Below, in pieces: positions 56,621 through 64,000 of a stretch of DNA of 64,000 bases. Each line of letters opens with the position of its first letter. Position 1 is the first letter of the stretch. A program made the position numbers and the translations under genes. The stretch spans positions 643,917 to 707,916 of the forward strand of contig CBDCWI010000001.1 in assembly GCA_965223325.1 (NCBI GenBank), in the 5' to 3' direction. Origin of the DNA: Candidatus Multivoradales bacterium. GTDB taxonomy: Bacteria > Acidobacteriota > Thermoanaerobaculia > Multivoradales > Multivoraceae. The notes beneath the pieces are model-generated. The model was not told the DNA's origin. It did no database searches and saw only the letters and a program-made list of their open reading frames with translations.

Positions 56621-58809
56621 GCCGACCGGGAGGAGGAGGCTTCGGCGGCACGACCGTCGACCGCAGAACGGTGGCGACCCTCTTGCGCCATGAGCTTCGC
56701 ATGCTCATACGTTCAGGTCGCACGGTCCTGATCTCGATCGTTGTGCCGATTCTGATCCTGCCGGCGATGTTCTGGCTGCAGACCCGGTCGATGGAACGGC
56801 AGGTGGAGCGAAGTGCAAGGGGCGCCTACCAGTTCGCTGTCACCGGAAGCCAGACCGCCGACGCCGTTCTCTGGATCGAACGCGCAACCATCCTCGGCGA
56901 GGAGCAGACGGCGAGCGCTGCTCGGTCAATGCCTGGCCAACCGACGGCCGATCGCGCCACCTTCGAGCGAGTCGCCGTCGAAGGCGATCACCGGCGGGCC
57001 TACGACGACGGAGAAATCGACTTCTGGATCGAGACGACGACTCTCGGCGCCCTGCGCGCCGAAGCGACTGAGCAAGCTGACGACGGCAGCAGCCACGAAA
57101 AGGACGCAGAAGAGAGCAGCCAGGAGAGCGACGAGAGTGAGCTCCCCGATGAAACCCCCGTCTTGCGTTTCAACCTGCGCGGCGACGTCAGTTCATCGCA
57201 AAGCGGCGTGCAGATCCTCCGCAGGCGGCTCTCCGAGGTGCGCTCTTCGCTGCGCGCGGACCGTCTCGCTGCGGCGGGACTCGACCTGCGCGGGTCGCTA
57301 CCGTTCGAGTTCTCCCAGGTCGACCTGGCCAGGGCCGAAGAGGCGAGCGGTCTCCTGCTCGGCCGGTTCCTCACCAGCATTCTCCTGATGATGTTGATCT
57401 CGGGCGGTTCGATCGTCGCGATGGACAGCCTGGCCGGCGAGAAGGAACGCGGCACCCTGGAGACGCTTCTCACGTCGGCTGCCAGCCGTACCGAGATCGT
57501 CTCGGCAAAGAGCCTGGCGATTCTGTTGGTCGCCCTCTTCATCGCCACCGTCCAGGCCGCCAACCTCTTGATCTGGGTAGGACTCGGCATGCTGCCCCTT
57601 CCCCCAGGCATGGAGTTCTCGGTCTCGCCCATGCAAGCCGTCTTGCTCGGGGTGCTCTTTCTGCCCTTGGCAGCCCTGGTCGCCAGCACCCTGCTCCTGG
57701 TTTCGGGCCGAGCCCGGACCTATCGCGAAGCCCAGCTGTTCTTCTTCCCGGTGTTTCTAGTGCTCTTGTTGCCCAGTCTGGTGACCGTCTTGCCGGCGCT
57801 CGAGCTGCGCTCGGCAATGGTTCTGGTGCCGATCTCGAACCTCGCCCTGGCGGTCAAGTCACTCCTCGCTGGCACGCCAGACTGGCCGATGACGGCGATC
57901 GCGTGGCTGGTCAACGCCGCCGTGGCAGCGGTGGTCGGCACTGTGACGCTCAAGTCGCTGACCAGCGAGCGCCTGATCACCACCAACGATCGCGACGAGG
58001 CAGATCTGGTGCGCGGTTCGGAGCTGCTCGGCCGGCACGTCGTCCGGCTGTTCCTGGTTGCCGGGGCGATCTACTTTGTCACCCAGCTCTTCTTCAGCGA
58101 AGAAACCGACCTGCGCTTCATGTTGCTGGTCAACATGACGATCATTTCGGTCCTGCCACTAGTGGTCGCGAGCCGCTACCGCATCGCATGGCCGGAACTC
58201 CTGTCACTGCGCTCGCCTCGCCACCTGGTGTGGCTCGGCGTTGTGCTCGCTGCGCCCTTCGGGGTCTTCGCACTCTCGGTGGTCGCTAACGCCTGGTCGT
58301 CGTTTCTCGGAGTTTCCGACTCCTGGCTCGAGCAGTTCACCCGCGCGCTGTTGCCCGAACGCTACGGCTTGTTGACCCTGATCTTCTTCATCGCCGTGGT
58401 GCCGGCCATCTTGGAGGAACTGGCCTTCCGGGGTGTTCTTCTGCACGGCATCAGGCAACGCTTCGGTCCCCTCGCAACGATTCTGTTGACCGGCATCATG
58501 TTCGGTTTCTTTCATGTGACGTTGATGCGCATCGTGCCCACCGCCGTGCTCGGATTTCTGCTCGCCTGGCTGGTCCTTCGAACCGGCTCGATCTATCCCG
58601 CGATCATCTGGCACTTCCTCAACAACGCCACCGCGGTGCTCGCCGATCGGCTCGGTGGTGACAGAGAATTCACCTCGATGCATGTCGCCGGTGCCTGGGT
58701 GCCGTTCCTGGTCGGCCTGTCGATCATCTGGTTCGCCACCCGCAAAGACCCTCGTTCGCTGGGCTCCGACGGAAACGGCGACCTCATGCCTCAGTCGTTG
58801 AGTTCGTAG
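56617..58809 (+). CDS. Fusion protein: ABC-2 permease domain plus C-terminal CPBP (CAAX/Abi-type) intramembrane metalloprotease domain
   Basis: The N-terminal 420 aa resemble the upstream permease. The C-terminal domain has CPBP motifs EELAFRG, FGFFH and HFLNN. GTG start overlaps the ATPase stop (GTGA). Confidence 0.75.
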   Translation: MSRPGGGGFGGTTVDRRTVATLLRHELRMLIRSGRTVLISIVVPILILPAMFWLQTRSMERQVERSARGAYQFAVTGSQTADAVLWIERATILGEEQTASAARSMPGQPTADRATFERVAVEGDHRRAYDDGEIDFWIETTTLGALRAEATEQADDGSSHEKDAEESSQESDESELPDETPVLRFNLRGDVSSSQSGVQILRRRLSEVRSSLRADRLAAAGLDLRGSLPFEFSQVDLARAEEASGLLLGRFLTSILLMMLISGGSIVAMDSLAGEKERGTLETLLTSAASRTEIVSAKSLAILLVALFIATVQAANLLIWVGLGMLPLPPGMEFSVSPMQAVLLGVLFLPLAALVASTLLLVSGRARTYREAQLFFFPVFLVLLLPSLVTVLPALELRSAMVLVPISNLALAVKSLLAGTPDWPMTAIAWLVNAAVAAVVGTVTLKSLTSERLITTNDRDEADLVRGSELLGRHVVRLFLVAGAIYFVTQLFFSEETDLRFMLLVNMTIISVLPLVVASRYRIAWPELLSLRSPRHLVWLGVVLAAPFGVFALSVVANAWSSFLGVSDSWLEQFTRALLPERYGLLTLIFFIAVVPAILEELAFRGVLLHGIRQRFGPLATILLTGIMFGFFHVTLMRIVPTAVLGFLLAWLVLRTGSIYPAIIWHFLNNATAVLADRLGGDREFTSMHVAGAWVPFLVGLSIIWFATRKDPRSLGSDGNGDLMPQSLSS

Positions 58810-59855
58810 CGCATGATCGCACCGTGGGGGCTCGTTCGATCGCGCTCGAGGCCGTAGACCGGACCGAGCGGGCCACGCGCTTGGCCGAACAGCCCTTCGA
58901 TTTCAGCCACCAGACCAGCGTCGATCGGCGCTTCGAGCGCTCTTCGGTTGGCGGCGAAGCGTTGCGGCTCTTGTTGCCCAACGATCACCGCTCGAACGGC
59001 CTGGCGCTCGAGGACCGAACGAATCGCCAGGGTCGCCAGGTCGACTTCTGGGCACTCCTGGGCCAGCCGAACCGACGCCCGCCGCAGCCGTTCCTGAAAG
59101 CGCTCCCAGCCGCCGGCCTCTTCGATGATCAAGCGATACTTCACCAGCGAACGGTTCGCGAGGTCTCGGAAGCCCGGGTCAGGCTCTCCCTGCCAGCGCT
59201 CGGCGAGGAAGCCCCCGGCCAACACGCCATAGGGCAGGATGTGGATACCTGACTGCCGGCACAGAGCAGCCAAGCACAGAGCGGGACGCTGGTCCAGCAA
59301 TGAGTACTGCACCTGAACGGTGGCGACGTCGAGGCCCGCGTCCAGGAGTTCCTGGAGGTGCGCCGCGTCGTAGTTGGTGACTCCCGCCAGCCGCACCTTG
59401 CCCGCTTGCCGTAGGTCGTTGAGCCAGCCGTAGGCCTCGACGTGCCCTGGAATCGCGAAATCCCACCAGTGAAGCTGGACCAGGTCGATGCGTTCCACCG
59501 CCAAGCGCCGGAGCGAGCGATCAACGATGCGCTCGACGTAGGCGCGATCGAGGGTCGGCAGTCGCGAAAGATCGGGAACCAGCTTGGTGTGGACCTGTAG
59601 AGCGTCGGGGTCTGGGCCGAGGCGGCGCCGCAGATGACCGAGCAGCTCTTCGACCCCCGTGTAGATGTCGGCGCAGTCGAAGGTCGTTGCCCCCTGATGG
59701 GCGAGCTTCTCGAGGGCACGCAGGCGTTCGGCACTGGTCGCCGGTCGAGGATCGCGCGCGTGTCCGGCAGACCACTGCCAGCCGCCGCAGATCAGCCGAC
59801 AGATCGAGTAGCCGGACACCAGCTCAACCCGCAACGACAGAACTTCGGCGTTCAA
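58791..59855 (-). CDS. Aldo/keto reductase
   Basis: AKR fold signatures (GGWQWS.., catalytic Tyr region DCADIY, LDLVQLHW), with a C-terminal NADP-binding region. Confidence 0.8.
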   Translation of the reverse strand: MNAEVLSLRVELVSGYSICRLICGGWQWSAGHARDPRPATSAERLRALEKLAHQGATTFDCADIYTGVEELLGHLRRRLGPDPDALQVHTKLVPDLSRLPTLDRAYVERIVDRSLRRLAVERIDLVQLHWWDFAIPGHVEAYGWLNDLRQAGKVRLAGVTNYDAAHLQELLDAGLDVATVQVQYSLLDQRPALCLAALCRQSGIHILPYGVLAGGFLAERWQGEPDPGFRDLANRSLVKYRLIIEEAGGWERFQERLRRASVRLAQECPEVDLATLAIRSVLERQAVRAVIVGQQEPQRFAANRRALEAPIDAGLVAEIEGLFGQARGPLGPVYGLERDRTSPHGAIMRYELND

Positions 59856-60211
59856 TCGCCCCCCGGAGACGAAAGCGGCACGACGGTCGTCTCGGCGTGG
59901 CTGAACGTGCGCTCGCCGACGCGTTCGACCTTGAACCGCGCGCCGCAGTTCGGATCAGGGCAGGCGATGAGCGCGTCGGTCGTCATCCAGTCGTTGGCGT
60001 CTGTCAAGCGCTGTTTGGCCGGCAGGAGAGGCAGGAGCGCAGCCAACGCGTACATCGAAAAGGGCTGTTCAGCGGGAAAGCGCAGGTTCTCCCCTTCGAC
60101 CAGAAACCAGTCACCCACCCGGTGCGAGCACACCATCGGCCGTTCCCCTTCGACGACCTCGACGCGCAGGTCGTAGAGCGTGAAGAGATCGCCAGGCTTC
60201 TCTGTGCTCAC
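59852..60211 (-). CDS. Small Cys-containing protein resembling the TIGR04076 family (function unknown)
   Basis: The pattern L.V.VVE..G...C..H.VGD.F.VEG.N....... W...D..IACPDP.CGARFKVERV matches TIGR04076 proteins as I recall them. Translationally coupled to both neighbours by 4-nt overlaps. Confidence 0.5.
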   Translation of the reverse strand: MSTEKPGDLFTLYDLRVEVVEGERPMVCSHRVGDWFLVEGENLRFPAEQPFSMYALAALLPLLPAKQRLTDANDWMTTDALIACPDPNCGARFKVERVGERTFSHAETTVVPLSSPGGD

Positions 60212-61470
60212 GTCCGATCCCCGACAACGCCGCGGGCGCGCAGCGCGGCGATTTCGGTGCTCGAGAGCTCGAGCTCGGCCTCGAGGACGGCATCGGTGTG
60301 CTCGCCGAGACGCGGCGCAGCCTCGATCTCCACCTGGCTCTCTGACATTCGAAACGGTGACCCGAGGAGTCGCAGGGTTCCGAGCTCAGGATGTTCGAAC
60401 GATGTGATGAAGCCGCGCTCCTCGAGATGGGGGTCGTTGAACAGATCGAGGCTGTCGAACACCGCACTCGCCGGTACACCTGCTTCGGCGAGGATTCGCA
60501 TCGCAGAGTGCTTGTCGTGTTGGGCGGCGAACTCCGTCAACGCGGCGCGTAGCGGCTCGGCGTTCTCGAGGCGTTTCCTCGCGGTCTCGAAGCGCGGGTC
60601 ATCTCTCCACTCGGGGTGGCCAATCGCAGCGCACAGATCCTGCCACATGCGTTCGGTCACCACCATGATGTAGACGTAGTCGTTGGTGCCGAAAGGTCGA
60701 GTGGGATAGAGATCGATCAGCGGGCCATACCCGGTGCCCATGCGTCGCGCCGCCTGGGTGCCGAACCGGGACCCCATCGCGATGGCGGTGCGCATGAAGT
60801 AGGTCATCGCCTCCTGCATCGAGATCTCGATGTGCTGTCCCTTCCCGGTGCGCAGCCGCTGCGCCCAGGCGGCGGTGATCGCGAGCGCCATCTGGACTCC
60901 GGTTCCCGAATCGCCGGTCGTCGGTCCGGGTCGCATGGGTGGGCCGTCTTCGAGGCCGGTCACCGACAGCGCACCGGCGGCGGCCTGAGCGACCGAGTCG
61001 AAGCACTTGTAGCGGGAGTAGGGTCCATCGGCGCCGAAACCGCGAATCGATGCGTAGATCACCTCGGGGTGGGCCCCGCGAACCTCTTCGTAGCCGAGGG
61101 CTAGTTTCTCGGTGACCCCCGGGCCGAAGTTCTCGACCAGAACGTCGAAGCGCGGCAGCATACGCAGCAAAAGGTCACGCCCTTCCGGTTGGTCGAGGGC
61201 GAGGGTGACGCTGCGCTTGTTGGCGTTCCAGTACAGAAAGTACTCCGAGTCCTCGAACTCGAAGTCTGCGGCGATGCTCCGTCCCGGGTCGCCTGTGCCC
61301 GGGCGCTCGATCTTCACCACGTCGGCGCCGAGCCAGGCGAGGGCCTGGGTGCAGGCTGTGCCTGATTCGTACTGCGTCAGATCGAGGATTCGGAGGCCAT
61401 CCAGAGCGGCGGGCATGAGCGGCAGCGTACCGTAAACCATGCCGCGCGCCGGCTCGCTGCGCAGTGACAT
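60208..61470 (-). CDS. CoA transferase, family III (CaiB/BaiF-like)
   Basis: N-terminal LDGLRILDLTQYESGTACTQALAWLGADVVKIERPGTGD is the hallmark of family III CoA transferases. Start at MSLRSEP; the upstream 112 codons of the six-frame ORF are rejected. Confidence 0.85.
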   Translation of the reverse strand: MSLRSEPARGMVYGTLPLMPAALDGLRILDLTQYESGTACTQALAWLGADVVKIERPGTGDPGRSIAADFEFEDSEYFLYWNANKRSVTLALDQPEGRDLLLRMLPRFDVLVENFGPGVTEKLALGYEEVRGAHPEVIYASIRGFGADGPYSRYKCFDSVAQAAAGALSVTGLEDGPPMRPGPTTGDSGTGVQMALAITAAWAQRLRTGKGQHIEISMQEAMTYFMRTAIAMGSRFGTQAARRMGTGYGPLIDLYPTRPFGTNDYVYIMVVTERMWQDLCAAIGHPEWRDDPRFETARKRLENAEPLRAALTEFAAQHDKHSAMRILAEAGVPASAVFDSLDLFNDPHLEERGFITSFEHPELGTLRLLGSPFRMSESQVEIEAAPRLGEHTDAVLEAELELSSTEIAALRARGVVGDRT

Positions 61471-61482
61471 GATCACCTCCTC

Positions 61483-62859
61483 ATGCCCTCCCCGCACCTC
61501 AGGTTCTACGGTGGCGCCGCCGGCGCTCTCCTGCCGATCTTCGTTTTTCTGGCTGGCGTTGCCTGGCTGGCGCTCGGCGGAGCGCCCGATGAACGCGGCT
61601 TCTGGCCAGTGCTCGTCGCCGCGCTCGGCTGTGGCCTCATCCTGGCGCGCGACCGCGCCGCCTGGTGTGAGGTCGTGCTTGCCGGCATGAGCCAGAGGCT
61701 GGTCGCGCTGATGATTCTGGCGTGGCTCCTGGCGGGAATCCTGGCCGAGCTCCTGGCCGCCAGTGGGCTCGTCGACGCGCTGGTGGCGGTCGCCGACCGC
61801 GCCCATCTCGGAGGCGGAGGGTTCGTGCTCGCCGCGTTTCTGGCCAGTTCGGTGCTCTCTACCGCCATCGGCACGAGTCTCGGCACCCTCATCCTGACCG
61901 TTCCGCTGCTCTACCCCGCCGGCACGGCGCTCGGCGGCGAGCCTGTGATGCTCGCGGGAGCCCTCCTGGCCGGTGCGACGTTCGGCGACAATATTTCGCC
62001 GGTCTCGGACACGACGATTGCCTCGGCGTCGACCCAGGGAGCCGAAATGGGACAGGTGGTACGCACCCGCCTGCGCTACGCGCTACCCGCAGCCGCGATC
62101 GCCGCCCTGGTCTATGGCTTTGCCGGCGGCGCCGCGCAGAGTTCCTCGTTCTACGACGAAGCGCTCTTGCCCGCCCTCGAGCCGAGCGCACTTTTGATGC
62201 TGCTCGTCCCCGCCTTGATCGTCGGGCTCCTGTTGCTTGGTCGCCATCTCGTCGAAGGCCTCCTTCTCGGCACGCTCGCTGCTGCTCTCCTCGGAATCGC
62301 TCTCGGTCGTTTCGGCCGGACAGAACTCATCTTTCTCGACCGCGACAACTTCATTGCCCGCGGGCTCTTGTCTGCCGGTCTCGAACGCGGCGTTGGCATT
62401 TCGATCTTCACCCTGCTTCTCATGGGACTGGTCGCCACGCTCACCGCAACGGACTTCGCGGACAAGCTTTTTGCCGCCACAGAGGAGCGGGCGAACAGCC
62501 CGCGCAGTGCGGAAGGCTGGATCGCCGTGGTGACCTCAATCGTCGTCCTCCTTACGACCCACGCCGCCGTCACCCTGTTGGCCGTCGGTCCCTTCGCGCG
62601 TCGGATCGGCGAAGCGCAGGCGGTGGTTGCCACCCGGCGAGCCAACCTGCTCGACCTGGTGGTTTCGATCTGGCCGTTCCTCCTGCCCTGGTTCATCCCC
62701 ACCATCCTGGCGGCCGGATTGACGGCCGGAACGTCCGCTGCGCCGCGGCTCGGCGCGCTCGAGATCGGTCTCCACAACGTGCACTCGTGGGCCCTCCTGG
62801 CCATTCTTCTAGTGGCGATCACGACCGGTTGGGGAAGAGGGGCTCGACAGACCGGCTGA
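61483..62859 (+). CDS. NhaC-family Na+/H+ antiporter-like transporter
   Basis: GDNISPVSDTTIASAS matches the NhaC signature region. About 12 TM helices. Start uncertain, since it lies only 12 bp from the divergent CoA-transferase start. Confidence 0.65.
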   Translation: MPSPHLRFYGGAAGALLPIFVFLAGVAWLALGGAPDERGFWPVLVAALGCGLILARDRAAWCEVVLAGMSQRLVALMILAWLLAGILAELLAASGLVDALVAVADRAHLGGGGFVLAAFLASSVLSTAIGTSLGTLILTVPLLYPAGTALGGEPVMLAGALLAGATFGDNISPVSDTTIASASTQGAEMGQVVRTRLRYALPAAAIAALVYGFAGGAAQSSSFYDEALLPALEPSALLMLLVPALIVGLLLLGRHLVEGLLLGTLAAALLGIALGRFGRTELIFLDRDNFIARGLLSAGLERGVGISIFTLLLMGLVATLTATDFADKLFAATEERANSPRSAEGWIAVVTSIVVLLTTHAAVTLLAVGPFARRIGEAQAVVATRRANLLDLVVSIWPFLLPWFIPTILAAGLTAGTSAAPRLGALEIGLHNVHSWALLAILLVAITTGWGRGARQTG

Positions 62860-62982
62860 GGGCGTGAAACAAGTGGGGACCTGGCCACCGTAGGCGACGA
62901 TAGAATGGAGGGCGGACCTCAGAATCAGACCCCAGGTGAAGTGGACTGCGAAGTGAAACTACCTTCCGCCTGCTGATCGCTC

Positions 62983-63780
62983 ATGCACGAAGACCGGACA
63001 TTTCCCGCCATCGACATCCCCAGGATCGAGATCCATCCCATCCAGGCGCTACGGGAGGCTGCCGCACTCCTGGGCAAGCAGTACTGGCTCTTTGTGCTGA
63101 TTTGCTTCCTGGGCATGCTGATCGGCGGCGTGGTCCCGTTCGGCATTCTCATGGGGCCCATGATGGCCGGCATCTTTTTGTGCTTCATCAGGCGCGAAGA
63201 AGGCGAGCCGGTCACGATCGACCTTCTCTTTCGCGGCTTCGACTTCTTCGTCGAGTCTCTGATCGCGACCCTCTTGACGATGGCGGCGACGCTGGTCGGA
63301 GCACTCCCTCTAATGATCGCGGGGATGGTCATGTTCGCCGGCATCGCAGCGACCTCGGTCGGCGCTGCCACCAGCGGTTCGGATGCCGCGGCAGCGACGG
63401 TGGTCACCAGTGGGGTTGGTGCGACAACCGTTGCGGTTGCCTGCCTGATCGCCTTTTCGGTGCTGATCATGTTCGCCGTGGTTTGCCTTTTGACCTTCAC
63501 CATCCCGCTTGTCGTCGACCAGCGCATGAAGGCCTTCGATGCGGTCTTGACCAGCTACGAAGCGGTGCGCATCAACTTCGGGGGCGTGTTCCTGCTGACG
63601 ATCTTCCTCGGCGTCATCAATATCGTCGCGACTCTGTTCTGCTACGTCCCCTCGCTGCTGGTCATGCCGCTCAGCCTCGGGGCAATCTTCGTTGTCTACC
63701 GACGGCTCTTCCCGGACAGCCAGTTGACATTCGACGATGAGGGCATGCCCGTTCGACCCGGGGTCGGCGTGCCGGCCTAG
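62983..63780 (+). CDS. Integral membrane protein of unknown function
   Basis: Five or six TM helices. Codon usage is consistent with its neighbours. No motif recognised. Confidence 0.4.
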   Translation: MHEDRTFPAIDIPRIEIHPIQALREAAALLGKQYWLFVLICFLGMLIGGVVPFGILMGPMMAGIFLCFIRREEGEPVTIDLLFRGFDFFVESLIATLLTMAATLVGALPLMIAGMVMFAGIAATSVGAATSGSDAAAATVVTSGVGATTVAVACLIAFSVLIMFAVVCLLTFTIPLVVDQRMKAFDAVLTSYEAVRINFGGVFLLTIFLGVINIVATLFCYVPSLLVMPLSLGAIFVVYRRLFPDSQLTFDDEGMPVRPGVGVPA

Positions 63781-64000
63781 CGCTTCCGAGGTCGCCCTAG
63801 GGTGACTCCCAGACCCCGCAACTCTCGCCACTACCGATGGGCGAACCGTCGGGCGCTATGGGCGGCGGCGGTAGCTCGAATGCGAGCGGATCGTTAAAGA
63901 AGCGCTCGAGGGTCCAGGCTGCGGCCGATCGGTGCGCGCCCTCTTCGGCCGAGGGGCGCTCGCTCTTGAGCCGTTCGGCGAGTGCGGTCAATTCGTCGTA

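Noticed and set aside
63797-64000. Partial minus-strand ORF at the window edge
   Set aside because: It is too short and featureless to call, and it extends beyond the window.

Overview
This is a high-GC (about 68-70%) chromosomal window from an uncultivated-looking bacterium. An ADOP-type duplicated FtsX permease and an EgtB-like sulfoxide synthase suggest Acidobacteriota or a similar lineage, but that is a weak inference. It reads mostly as core and near-core chromosome rather than an obvious mobile island. I did not recognise any integrase, transposase, CRISPR array, or rRNA or tRNA gene.

Genes I can support from the sequence, in order:
- A leuS 3' fragment, then a roughly 1520-aa secreted DUF11 conserved-repeat-domain protein with near-identical 318-bp tandem repeats.
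- A PQQ-like beta-propeller carrying a canonical EF-hand pair, next to a c-type cytochrome.
- PolX with a NudL-like Nudix hydrolase, an enolase-superfamily epimerase, a long acyl-CoA dehydrogenase, and a PA0069/SplB-like radical SAM protein.
- rpsD (ribosomal protein S4), followed by a secreted cupredoxin fused to an Ig-like domain.
- A stress-type trio: DUF937, a Kbp/YgaU BON-LysM protein, and a dodecin.
- A haloalkane dehalogenase divergent from an orphan XDH-family Mo-hydroxylase large subunit, followed by Hpt plus a hybrid histidine kinase.
- A GT-C membrane glycosyltransferase, a TPP enzyme, an acyl-CoA synthetase, an orphan EgtB-like enzyme, and an HD phosphohydrolase.
- A VWA protein, arsC, a MoeA-like protein, and a META-lipoprotein/S1-protease pair.
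- DUF938, then a frameshifted and truncated beta-lactamase-family pseudogene that converges on a complete aceE-aceF-lpdA pyruvate dehydrogenase operon.
- A PnuC/PnuT-like transporter divergent from a TPP riboswitch and thiC.
- A permease / ATPase / permease-CPBP-protease ABC module, and an AKR / TIGR04076-like / CaiB CoA-transferase operon.
- A NhaC-family transporter.

The most unusual things I saw:
- A roughly 70-bp intergenic repeat family present three times, immediately 3' of three unrelated genes. It is built from tandem CCCGGG hexamers at 11-bp period plus a conserved tail.
- Perfect palindromes placed like operators, upstream of the PDH operon (overlapping its -35 box) and upstream of the acyl-CoA dehydrogenase.
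- The ABC-2 permease fused to a CPBP intramembrane protease.
- The EF-hand insertion in the beta-propeller.
- The decaying beta-lactamase-family gene.

I found no compelling evidence of a coherent novel multi-gene system such as a defence island or a biosynthetic cluster. The findings below are individual leads.
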